From Amoebidium appalachense (taxonomy: Eukaryota > Protista > Ichthyosporea): a stretch of 64,000 nucleotides of DNA. Location: positions 7,450,830-7,514,829 of the forward strand of contig CAVNZM010000008.1 in NCBI GenBank assembly GCA_963693365.1. Reading direction: 5' to 3'. The notes below the pieces were generated by a model. It did not search any database. It saw only the letters and a list, made by a program, of their open reading frames with translations, and was not told the DNA's origin. Both the position numbers and the translations under genes were made by a program. Each line of letters starts with the position of its first letter. The first letter of the stretch is position 1. Positions 1-11,951 of the stretch are shown piece by piece.

Positions 1-884
1 TGGCCATGCCGCCATCGCGATCATCTTGAGTCGGCGCGCGGAGGCCTGCGTGATTCATCGTCCGATATCTCCAATGATCCGCTGGGCATCGTGCGTACGT
101 GAGTTTCATTAGAATCTCTACAGTGCAGTCTTTCATTATTGTGTGTCACAACAAATATGCTGCTTTTTATTTTTTGGCAGTCCCTAAGACCCCATCGTAC
201 ATACACAGTCCGGCCCCCTGAACTGCTGCAGTCCACCGTGGTCCGCCGCAATAGGGCAGGGAAGTTTCTTTAAAGCAACCACCGCTACTTCCATTTTAGC
301 TGTTGGGCGGGGAGCCACATTGGTGACGTCACTCTGTATACAAATTCCATGATGCCGTGTCGCCCTAAAAAGGACGCCAAAGGCTGAAACGTATGTCAAC
401 ATCGGTATTTGACACAATTCGATAGAGTCTCTTGATTGGTGAGACGCATTTGAGAAATGTGGCTCTCGCCCAGACACTAAAATGGAAGAAGCGGTGGTTG
501 GTTTAATATGTTATTTGCGCAATCACCTTCCGCTCTATCATAAAGGTCTCCATAGAATTTCTTTTAGGCGCCGATTGCGCAATCACTTAGCAACCAAACA
601 CTGACCTGCGACTGCGCAGTGTTTCGGCTGTCTCAAGGCTTGTGTTGGTGTCTTAGCAAATGATTTATTGCTCAAATATCAACGGTAAACTGCAAACTCC
701 TCTTTCTTTAGAGCAACATAACGCACACCAAGCCTACAGTTGTGAGTGGAAGGCCTCTTCTCCCACACACACTTTCTGTTCGGACCGTTTACCAAGGCTT
801 TTCCTAATATTAATTAATGGAAGCCTACCCCAGGCGTTGAAGCATTTTACTCACTCCCTAGTTCAGTAGTTTAAAGGCTTAAGA

Positions 885-1128
885 ATGAGGATACAGGCTT
901 CTGTTTTGAGCGTGTGGGCCCTTGTGTCCTGCATGTTGGCGGGCTACGTCAGTGGCATGGCGACATATTACATAACGGTGCCGGCAGGAGAAGAGATGGT
1001 AAGAGGGCATGTGGGTGGGAGTGAGAAAGAATGCGGGAGAGTAGGTGGGAGTGGGAGGGAGGGAGGAAGGAAGGCGGGGGGGAGGGGGGGAGGGGGGGGA
1101 AGGGAGGTGGCGAGAGAGAAGCGGGGGG

Positions 1129-1210
<82 letters not shown>

Positions 1211-1218
1211 ATGGTGTG

Positions 1219-1271
<53 letters not shown>

Positions 1272-1317
1272 TTGCGTGTGTGCGTTTGCGTGTGTGTGTA
1301 TGTGTATGTGTGTGTGT

Positions 1318-1349
<32 letters not shown>

Positions 1350-2468
1350 TTGTGTGTGTGTTTTCGTGTGTGTGTGTGTGCGCTTGCGCACGTTTAGTGT
1401 GCTGAGCGTGTGTATGGGCACCTGTACTTATGGATGAGAAATGGGTAAATCGGGGTATGTTGGGAAGGGAGGGAAGAAGACTGGCAATCATAGGAAGATC
1501 ATGTGATATGACAGGGTGGCCTGTGGGAAGATACACCTGGAAAGTGTTGTTGTTGATGGCAATGGGCCGGACGAACGGAGGCACCTCTAACACTCAATGA
1601 ATTAGGTTGATGGGGTTGCCTCTGTGTGTACGTGGCTGAGGAAAAATGATGGGAGACGGGGGGGGGGGGGGGGGGGGAAGGGGGGGGGGGAGGGGAGGAA
1701 TCTTGGATTGGGCAAGATCGAGTGCGAGGTGGAGCACGCCCAACGGAGGAGGGGGAGTGAGATGTTGTTTATCTCTGTCACGCGCGCGCCCCCGCCCCCG
1801 CGTGCGCACGCACAGACACACACACACACACACACACACACACAACCACCCCTCTCTCCCCTTCCCTTTCTCACACCAGCACACAACTGTCGCTGTCTCG
1901 CTCTGCCCCCCCTCTCCCCTTTTTGTTCCCTCCCTCCCTCCCTCTCTCACTCTCTCACTCTCTCTCTCTCTCTCTCTCCCCCCCCCCCCCGCTCTCTCCC
2001 CCCCCTCTCTCTCTCTCTCTCTTTTTGCCCCCCCCTCCCTATCTCTCCCTCGCTCCCTCGCTCGCTCACTCATACTCTCTCTTTGCCCCCCCCCCCCCCC
2101 CCCCCCCCCGTGTCCCCCTCTTCCCCTGTTTCAATCTCTCTCTCCCTCTCTCTTCTTCTTTGTAGACGGAGGGGGGTGTATTTTTTTTTTTTTTGGGGGG
2201 GGGGGGGGAGGGGGGGGGGGGGGGGAGGAAGAGGGGGGCTAAGATCATAAACCACTTATCTGACATGCGCCCACACAGTGCTTCTATGAGACACTACAGG
2301 CCGGCATTAAAATGACTCTTTCGTTTGCCGTGTCTGAAGGCGGCAACCACGATATCGACGTGAAGGTGCCCCCCCCCCCCCCCCCCCCCCCCATCCCTAA
2401 GACCCCCCTCCCCCTCCCCTCCCCTCCCCCCCCCCCCCCCCCCCCACCTTCTCTCTCTCTCTCTCTCC

Positions 2469-2566
<98 letters not shown>

Positions 2567-2574
2567 CTTTTCCT

Positions 2575-2610
<36 letters not shown>

Positions 2611-2671
2611 GCGCCTGTTGTTTTGCTTGTCATTTGTTGTTCTGGTTGATTACCTGTAATCTTCGCTTATT

Positions 2672-2706
<35 letters not shown>

Positions 2707-4892
2707 TGTGCGGGGTTGCACATACCGGTGTCTACTTTTCTTCTTACTGTTTTTCTCTCCACACACTTCATCTGTCCACTTCTGCATACCCCCTTTCATA
2801 GCTATAGACACACTTCACACATTGCGTTACGCGCACGCATGCACACACCGCTCTGTTGGCGACAGCTCCCTTGGAACCCATGCGGCATGTTACCCGCCGG
2901 CGTAACATAACTCGGACTATCGGTTTGGCTTTTTTCAAGCCCAAAGCAATGGGTGATACCATATTTCCGGCTGACATCCGGGGGCATAGCTTTCCGTTCG
3001 AAGACGATAAAGTTCCGCCCTAGTAAGCGTGTTACTACCCTGCGGCGTGGGTCAAATCTCATATTTTCCCCTCTGATTACGAATTCTGTGGCCTTCGGGA
3101 CTTAATTCTTTTCAGCTGGTGTAGTATGTTAGCCAGGGAAGTATCGACTTAGGTATCGACGGGGGAGCTTCCTAGAAGCCCCGTCTCCTGAGTTCCTATC
3201 TATATTTTTCTTGCTTCTGCTTACTGCTGCAACTTTAACCCCCGGCCTTTCCCACTGCCCTTGCCTGCATAAGCAACCCTGCTCGTCTCTGATCAAGACG
3301 GGTGACCTACTCATGTTCAAGTGAAACAGTATCTGAGTTGGGTTTCGTTAACGAGGGGAATAGGTCGAAACTCGGGTACTGTGGATGACGTGGGCCCCCC
3401 CTGAGGATGGGCTCTGCTTATTATGCATACTCTTTATGTATGGCTTGCATTCTGCATCGTGTTATCCGTTTGTTCTTGTGTACTTCGTACTTTTTGACGC
3501 ATTCAAAACCCCCCCCCCCCCCCCCTCCGCCCCCCCCCTTCCCCTCCTCCTTCCCCTCCCATTTTCTCTGCACACTCAACAGGTCTTAACCAGCTCTGCA
3601 CACCGTTAGTCACAATCTTCTCTCATATATGAGAGAATGATCGTATTGGTACGATTTGTCTAATATCTGACGATTCTGCAGCATTCCTAAGACCCCCCCC
3701 CCCCCTTTTCTCTCTCTCTCTCTCTCTCTCTTTTTTTTCTTTTTTTCTTTTTTGCCGCCTGTTGTTTTGCTTGTCATTTGTTGTTCTGGTTGGTTACCTG
3801 TAATCTTCGCTTATTTATGTGTGTGTGTGTGTGTATGTATGTTGTGCGGGGTTGCACACACCGGTGTCTACTTTTCTTCCTACTGTTTTTCTCTTCACAC
3901 ACTTCATCTGTCCACTTCTGCATACCCCCTTTCATAGCTATAGACACACTTCACACATTGCGTTACGCGCACGCATGCACACACCGCTCTGTTGGCGACA
4001 GCTCCCTTGGAACCCATGCGGCATGTTACCCGCCGGCGTAACATAACTCGGACTATCGATTTGGCTTTTTCCAAGCCCAAAGCAATGGGTGATACCATAT
4101 TTCCGGCTGACATCCGAGGGCATAGCTTTCCGTTCGAAGACGTTAAAGTTCCGCCGTAGTAAGCGTGTTACTACCCTGCGGCGTGGGTCAAATCTCATAT
4201 TTTCCCCTCTGATTGCGAATTCTGCGGCCTTCGGGACTTAATTCTTTTCAGCTGGTGTAGTATGTTAGCCAGGGAAGTATCGACTTAGGTAGCGACGGAG
4301 GAGCTTCCTAGAAGCCCCGTCTCCTGAGTTCCTATCTATATTTTTCTTGCTTCTGCTTACTGCTGCAACTTTAACCCCCGGCCTTTCCCACTGCCCTTGC
4401 CTGCATAAGTAACCCTGCTCGTCTCTGATCAAGACGGGTGACCTACCCATGTTCAAGTGAAACAGTATCTGAGTTGGGTTTCGTTAACGAGGTGAATAGG
4501 TCGAAACTCGGATACTGTGGATGACGTGGGCCCCCCCTGAGGATGGGCTCTGCTTATTATGCATACTCTTTATGTATGGCTTGCATTCTGCATCGTGTTA
4601 TCCGTTTGTTCTTGTGTACTTCGTACTTTTTGACGCATTCAACCCCCACCCCCCCCCCCCGGGCGCCCCCCCGGATGATGGGCTCTGCTTTTTATGCATA
4701 CCCTTTGTGTGTGCTCTGCAATGTGCATTATGTTATCCCTCATGATTGTGTTCTTCGTACTCTGTGAAATCCCCCCCCCCCCCCCCCCCCCCTCCGCTCC
4801 ACTCGGGGGGCCTGCCCCCAATGCCCTGCTCGTCTTAAGCGCTAACCTGCAATAGACGGGCATAACACGTGGAGAGAGCAAAGGCACACAAG

Positions 4893-4961
<69 letters not shown>

Positions 4962-5201
4962 ATACTCGCACGCACGCACACACACACACACAAACACCCC
5001 CCCCCCCTCTCCCCCCCCCCCCCCACATACACACACACACACCGGCAAACACACACGCACACATGGACACGTTGTAATCTAACGGAGTGCTTGCACTATG
5101 ACTGACGGTTTGTGGTTGTGTGTTTCAGATTACTGGACCGGATGGGAAGGTCGTTGGGTTGGAACGCCAAGAGGTGTGTGCTTTATGTGTGTGTGTGGGG
5201 T

Positions 5202-5232
<31 letters not shown>

Positions 5233-5517
5233 GGGAGGGTGTGGGGGTGTGTGTTGGGGGGAGGGGAAGGGTTAAATGTATGTGTGTGTGCGTGTGGAGG
5301 GGGGGGGGGAGGGGGGGGTAAGTGTGTGTGTGGGTGGGTGGGTGGGGGGATGAGTGGGGTGTGGGTGTTGTTCTTTCCCCTTCTTCCTGCTCCTCCTCTT
5401 CGTCTCTCTGTGTGTTTTTTGATAATCTCTTTTGTTTAATTGAAAATGTCTTTTAACCTTCTCGTGTGGGTGTGTGGGTGTATGGGTTGGGGACACCTCG
5501 GGGGAGGGGAGGGGTGA

Positions 5518-5548
<31 letters not shown>

Positions 5549-5668
5549 TGGCTGTTTTTTGGTGTTCATGAGTGTGTATGTGTGCACACATTAGTGTGTT
5601 CTTTGCAGTCTGCATTGTGTTGTCTGTTGTCAATGCATACTTCATACTGTATGGCGCATTCAACTCCT

Positions 5669-5700
<32 letters not shown>

Positions 5701-5960
5701 TGGAGATGTGTTTCTGAAATCGCTGACCTTACTTCTCCTATATTATCCGTTTCCTCCCCCCCTCCCCCCCCCCCTCCTTCCCCCCGGCCGCCCCTCTCAC
5801 CCACAAATTAATGGAGAAGGCATAAGGATCCCACTCACTAATGATTGGTCTTCACACACATCCTCTGCCGCCACCATATCGTTGCTTGTTGTTCCGTATT
5901 TTTGGTTTTGCTGGTTCTTAAATGCCAATTGCTCGTAAACTTTGCCAACCGAAAATGCCT

Positions 5961-5992
<32 letters not shown>

Positions 5993-6427
5993 TTCCTCTC
6001 CTCCTCCCCTCCTTTTTCCACTCATCCCGCCCAACTTCACCACCAAATCAAACTAAACATAACGAAACAACACACAACACCCCCCCCCCCCCACCCCCAC
6101 CCCACCCCCACCCCCTTGCCCCCGAAAAAAAATTTTCTGTTTCAATCCCAGGCCCATACTTAATCCCCGGCTGACTCAGAACCCCCACAGCACGATTTGG
6201 AGATGGATGTAGACGCATACATGGACGGCAAGTACACGTATTGCCCCCCCCCCATGACGTGGGCCCCCCCTGAGGATGGGCTCTGCTTATTATGCATACT
6301 CTTTATGTATGGCTTGCATTCTGCATCGTGTTATCCGTTTGTTCTTGTGTACTTCGTACTTTTTGACGCATTCAAACCCCCCCCCTCCCCCCCCCCCCAA
6401 AAAAAAACACACACACACCCACACACA

Positions 6428-6466
<39 letters not shown>

Positions 6467-6568
6467 ACTCACTCACTCACACACATACACCAACCCAACC
6501 AGCCAACTGACCACCCCCACCACCACACCACCACACACATGTGCATGTGGACATGCGTACCCCCCCCC

Positions 6569-6618
<50 letters not shown>

Positions 6619-6700
6619 GATACAGACACCAACAGACACATGCACATAGACACATGCACATAGACACACACAGAGACACACACAGACACACACACACACA

Positions 6701-6756
<56 letters not shown>

Positions 6757-6806
6757 GATACAGACACCAACAGACACATGCACATAGACACACAGAGACA
6801 CACACA

Positions 6807-6859
<53 letters not shown>

Positions 6860-6974
6860 GCCCGTACCTGCCCTCATTTCTTTTCCAACCCCCCTACCTC
6901 GCCATGGGATGTTCTGTCGAACGAACACCGGGTAGTCTAAGGGTGGACAGGCGCATGTTTTTTTTTTTTTTTTT

Positions 6975-7005
<31 letters not shown>

Positions 7006-7870
7006 GGGGGGGATTGCGGGCACTCCAGAGCATTAAGGGCGCCAAATCTGTGGGGTTTGCGTACTATGTGACAATGGTTGCTATATAGCTAATCAACAAT
7101 ATGATCGGCAACCAATCATTTATTACATTATTGATCAAGTGGCTCACCAGATACGTAACTAATTTGATCCAATCGCGCAAACACGAAGCATCCCTCGTGT
7201 GTCCGCTTTTGCTTGGTCTTCCACGCGCAGGCTTAAGTACTTTTCACTAATAAACCCCTCTTGAAAATTGGCAGAAGTGGTTTTCCCGTTAGGATAAAGG
7301 TTTACTCAAAGCCGTTTTGTTCGCCTCCGAGTATTACCTATGTTTCTCTAATACACTATGCTATATTAGCTAATACATAGACACCCTTTCAGAATCATAG
7401 GCGAACAAAACGGCTCTGAGTAAACGTTTGAATTAGTGAAAAAAACGTTTCTGCCAATTTTCAAAGTGGTTTATTAGTAGAAAGTACACAAGTCTGCGCG
7501 TGGGGGATCATGCTGGCGGCTGAAAAACGGATTCTCAGGGTGACTTCATGTTTCGCGTGATTGGGCCGGCGGCTGATGATTACGTAATCCGTGAGCCAGG
7601 AAAATTGATGCAGTAAAATTCTAGATTGCGATTGGTCGTAGATCAGGAATGGTATTACATATACCGAGGCCGCTCTTATGCCTCGAAGGCCCACAGATCT
7701 GGCGAAGTATACACAATGTACCTCTTTTTGCCACTGCACTCGGTGCTAAATCACAGGAGGCAGACACGTCCAGAGACAGAAACACATGCGCACGCGCGCG
7801 CGCACACACACACACACACATATGTGCACACACATACACACATGCACACACGCATACGTGCGTGTGCACG

Positions 7871-7928
<58 letters not shown>

Positions 7929-8082
7929 CGCCCGCACAAACACACACACACACACACACACACAGGTACTGCTTCAGCAATGAGATGTCATCAGTCACCG
8001 ACAAAGAGTTGATGTTCTATGTTGAGCATGGGGCAGCTCCCAAAAAGCCAGACTCAGAGACAGAAGGTGACTCAATATCCCC

Positions 8083-8118
<36 letters not shown>

Positions 8119-8371
8119 TTTCCCCGGGGCCCGGGCCCGGCCCCCCACCTCCCTTGCTTGCTCCCTCGGTTCCTTTCCTGCCGCGCCCTCTCTCTCTCTC
8201 TCCCCCCCCCCCTCCCCCCTCCCCCTCCCTTCACACACCTTGTTTTCCGCCTGGTTTATGCCACCTCCTAGGGACCTCCGACCCTCGTCTCCATCCATCG
8301 GTCCCCTTCCCGTCCCTTCCCACCGAGCATACACACCGTGGCACACACACACTCTCTCTCTCTGTCTCTTT

Positions 8372-8446
<75 letters not shown>

Positions 8447-8453
8447 CCCTCCC

Positions 8454-8488
<35 letters not shown>

Positions 8489-8504
8489 TCCCCTCCCTCT
8501 CTCC

Positions 8505-8564
<60 letters not shown>

Positions 8565-8613
8565 ACTCACTCCCCTCCCCCCGGGCCCCCTCTCACATTC
8601 ACTCATTCACTCG

Positions 8614-8659
<46 letters not shown>

Positions 8660-9604
8660 GGGGGGGGGGGGGGGGGGGGGGGGCACTGGTTGTACATATG
8701 CCCTTTCCTTTCCCAGCCTATCACCAACTCCTCCTCCTACCTAAATGCTTTGAATCATCGCTTTGTGCGCTGCACCAAATCCCACCAAGTTTATTCTTTG
8801 TCAAATCCTATTCACGTCTTTCTTGTTTGCTACACGAAATCTTACCCGTTGATATCAAATTCTCTACGTTGCTTTGTTCCTTGCACGTCGTTTTTCCGTG
8901 TGGGCCTTAGTTACACAACCCCCACACAGCCCTTTTTTCTTTGTTTACTAAAACATTCTCACCCTCCCCCCCCCCCCCCCCCCCCGTACCGTGTTCCGCA
9001 TTCAAACCCCCCCAGTCTTCTTTCAGAGGTGTCCTTTCAGGACAGACCACTGTGTGGAGACCGCTTTACTTCCATGCAACCGGGCATGGTTGCTCTGTGT
9101 CGTGCATCTGTAAGCACATACGCATTTTTCGCTGCACTGCATTAGTTTGCACACACATCTTCACCGTTTTGCTCACCTTGCTTGCATAAGCAACCCTGCT
9201 CGTCTTTGATCAAGACGGGTTGACCCGCCCAAGTTCAGTTGATGCTGCTGTCTGAGTTAAAGCGTCGTATATACGTGGGCTAAGGGGTCGAAACTCAGAC
9301 GCAATTGATGACTTGGGTCCTCCCTGAGGATGGGCTCTGCTTATGACGCATGCTGTGCACATGGCTGATGTTGCATACTTGAATGTTTGCCTTTGCATGT
9401 GTCCTGCACCATGCTTCTCGTCGTGTATGCGTACTTCGTACCGTCTCCGCATTCAAACCCCCCCCCCCCCTGTTTTTTTGGTTGCCCCACACAGAGAAGC
9501 AAGAGAAGTTGGCTAGCATGGTCAACCAACTATCTGCCGAGCTGTCGAGTGTGGAGGCGGAGAGGCAGTACATGGAGCTGAGACAGGCCAACCACAAGGA
9601 GTGT

Positions 9605-9703
<99 letters not shown>

Positions 9704-10057
9704 TGTGTGTGTGTACGTGTGTGTGGGCGTGTCTGTTTGGTGTGTTTGTCTGTGTTTGTGTGTGTGTGTGGACGCCTGGGTGTGTATACCTGTATGTACG
9801 TGTGTGTGAGCGTGTGTACTTCCTTGTACGTGTGTGCCTGTGCAGGTGTACGTGTGTGTACATGCATTGGGGTTGTGTTCGTGTGTGCAAGCTCCCGTGT
9901 AACGTGTGTCCACGTGTCTGTGCATATGTGGGTTGCGCGTGTTGGTGTGTAGGGGCCTGGGCTTGTGCATATACCAACACGTGCACTTCTGTTCTGCGGA
10001 TTATATCTCTTTTTTCTGACGTCCTTACTCCCCTGTTTGCCACCATTACCCCCCCCT

Positions 10058-10091
<34 letters not shown>

Positions 10092-10132
10092 AAAAAAAAA
10101 AAAAAAAAAAAAGAAAAGAAAAATAAGAAGTA

Positions 10133-10164
<32 letters not shown>

Positions 10165-10668
10165 GAAGTGTTCCCAGCCTGCCACATCCATGCGCTCCCT
10201 TTATTTTTGTTTTGTATGTTTTTCCCTCATTGCCGCACCACTCCTCCTTGCCGCACCACTATATCTTAGTGTAGTTTTAATTTTGAAAAAAATTAACGAA
10301 TGCATTCCAGTGGCTGAGAGCACCAATACCAAGGTTGTGTACTGGGCAGCCCTTGAGTGTTCCATGATAGTAGCCATGTCGGCATTCCAAATCTACTACC
10401 TTAAGGTACGTGTGCACATGCATACACACGGGCACACACACGGGCACACACACGGGCACATGCACACACACGGGCACATGCACACACACGGGCACATGCA
10501 CACACACGGGCACACACACGGGCACATGCACACACACGGGCACACACACGGGCACATGCACACGGGCACAGGGACAGGCACAGGCACAGGAGAACATGCA
10601 CATGCACGATTACAAGCTTGTATATTCAATACAAGGAGAAAGAGGGCCTGGGGGAGAGGGAGTGTGGG

Positions 10669-10743
<75 letters not shown>

Positions 10744-10888
10744 TGTGTGTGTGTGTATGTGTGTGAGGGAGAGGGAAAGTGTGAGTGTTTCACGCAAACA
10801 CATGCATGCAAAGCATTGCATGTTTTTTCAACTCAACCCCCCCCCCCCCCTTCCCCCCACAGAACGCACGTAGACACACGCTGTCACT

Positions 10889-10943
<55 letters not shown>

Positions 10944-11260
10944 ACACAGACATGCGCACACACAGACCTGCATTATACGTTCACTTTTTTTCAGCCTTGA
11001 ATCCCCCCCCCCCCCCCCCCCCCCCCCCCATTTCACCGGTAGCTTCACCACCACGTGCTTCTGCTTTGTGTTAGTATTGCCTCTTGTTTTCTGCCCCAGT
11101 TTTTTTTAAGGATAAGTGATGTGGTGATTCTTCGTGGTGGTGGGGGGGGGAAAAGAAGGAGAGGGGAGAGGGGAGGTGGGGGGGAGGGGAGGGGGGTTAG
11201 AAACGGAACTGACACGAGTATTCCTTGCAGAGGACGTTCGAGACAAAAACGGTGGTGTGA
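885..11260 (+). CDS. p24/emp24/gp25L (TMED2-like, beta subfamily) ER-Golgi cargo receptor, 8 exons, 208 aa
   Basis: Exons 885-998, 2279-2365, 5129-5173, 6191-6237, 7966-8066, 9495-9602, 10311-10405, 11231-11260, all GT-AG and phase-consistent. Translation: signal peptide, GOLD domain ([15 protein letters not shown]...[16 protein letters not shown]...[17 protein letters not shown]), coiled coil ([10 protein letters not shown]...[11 protein letters not shown]), TM helix, and tail [11 protein letters not shown] resembling the TMED2 RFFEVRRVV tail. Confidence 0.93.
2394..4642 (+). repeat. Tandem duplication (1136-bp offset) of a structured repeat unit in intron 2 of the p24 gene
   Basis: ~2610-3508 aligns with ~3752-4642 with scattered substitutions; duplicated ORFs at 2802/3938, 3129/4265 and 3385/4521 are each offset by 1136. 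Both units begin near CCTAAGACCCCC and end in GCATTCAA followed by a C-run. Confidence 0.92.
3267..3508 (+). ncRNA. Candidate structured RNA / SINE-like element core, copy 1 (copy 2 at 4403-4642)
   Basis: Closing stem GCATAAGCA...TGCTTAT, hairpin GCTCGTCT/AGACGGGT, and long stem CAGTATCTGAGTT/AACTCGGGTACTG. Homologous to the diverged copy at 9184-9457 with pairing retained. Confidence 0.45.
6254..6376 (+). repeat. 5'-truncated copy of the intronic structured element
   Basis: Near-identical to 3385-3507, flanked on both sides by C-runs, starting 16 nt into intron 4. Confidence 0.85.
7040..7704. mobile_element. Possible outer non-autonomous TIR element enclosing the MITE
   Basis: Inverted termini CGCCAAATCTGTGGG (7040) and CCCACAGATCTGGCG (ends 7704) bound a microsatellite-free block. 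No clear TSD. Confidence 0.4.
7240..7484. mobile_element. Fold-back MITE, Tc1/mariner-like (TA TSD), in intron 4 of the p24 gene
   Basis: Imperfect ~37-bp TIRs CTTTTCACTAATAAACCCCTCTTGAAAATTGGCAGAA / TTCTGCCAATTTTCAAAGTGGTTTATTAGTAGAAAG, inner inverted pair GTTTACTCAAAGCCGTTTTGTTCGCCT / AGGCGAACAAAACGGCTCTGAGTAAAC, and TA on both sides (7238-39, 7485-86). Confidence 0.8.
9184..9457 (+). ncRNA. Diverged copy 3 of the intronic structured element (intron 5 of the p24 gene)
   Basis: GCATAAGCAACCCTGCTCGTCTTTGATCAAGACGGGT...GTCTGAGTT...GGTCGAAACTCAGAC...CCTGAGGATGGGCTCTGCTTATG...GTACTTCGTAC...CGCATTCAAA followed by a C-run. Confidence 0.45.
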
Positions 11261-11396
11261 CGGACGATAGAGGCTGGCACAAAGAGTGGTGAAAGGCCGA
11301 TGTGGCTTTTGTTTCATGGCGTTTTTTTTTTTTTTTTTTTTTTTTTTTATTTATTATTGTTTGTTTGTTTGTTTGTTTGTTTGTTTGTTCGTTTGT

Positions 11397-11469
<73 letters not shown>

Positions 11470-11910
11470 GTTCTTGGTAAACTTAACCGAAGTATATAGT
11501 CGAGGTTTCGAAGCGACATGCACGTTCTCCATATGCATGTGGCCTTATAAGTAAGTATGTAGGTAGGCTGAGTGTGTGTTGTACTCGTTGCATTAAATAT
11601 TAATATCATTAGACCGTTATGGTTTGGTCACAAGGATTATACCTTGTAGTCACTTAACCCCGCTAGCCCAAATTCATTAAGTTATGTTGGGAGTGGTGGT
11701 TTCAAAAACAGTACTTCAGTCCTGACTCCTAGTGGAATGGTGACTGTGTCAATATTCTTCCGGGATCTCTTTTTATGGCAATTGATAGGTGACGCCCCAA
11801 AAAAGAGATCACCCCATATGTGGGCAACTCTAACCATGAAGCGACCTGACAGTCCGAAGATGGCGCCATATTGAAATGACTAAACATTTCATGCAAAGGT
11901 AGAGTGCCTC

Positions 11911-11951
<41 letters not shown>

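Noticed and set aside
3300-3385. SRP RNA, tRNA or TPP-riboswitch similarity (GGTGACC, AGGTCGAAACTC, CTGAG, TGATC)
   Set aside because: No SRP helix-8 motif, no cloverleaf or A-box, and the TPP motifs are in the wrong order or spacing.
3283-3415. Hammerhead ribozyme (CTGAGGA and GAAAC words) in the structured element
   Set aside because: The core motifs are not arranged with stems I-III in any hammerhead topology; the candidate CUGANGA position before GTC-GAAA is not conserved between copies.
11399-11468. ~70-nt poly-G as a special G-quadruplex element
   Set aside because: G/C homopolymers are ubiquitous here and their lengths are unreliable in assemblies; nothing is specific to this one.
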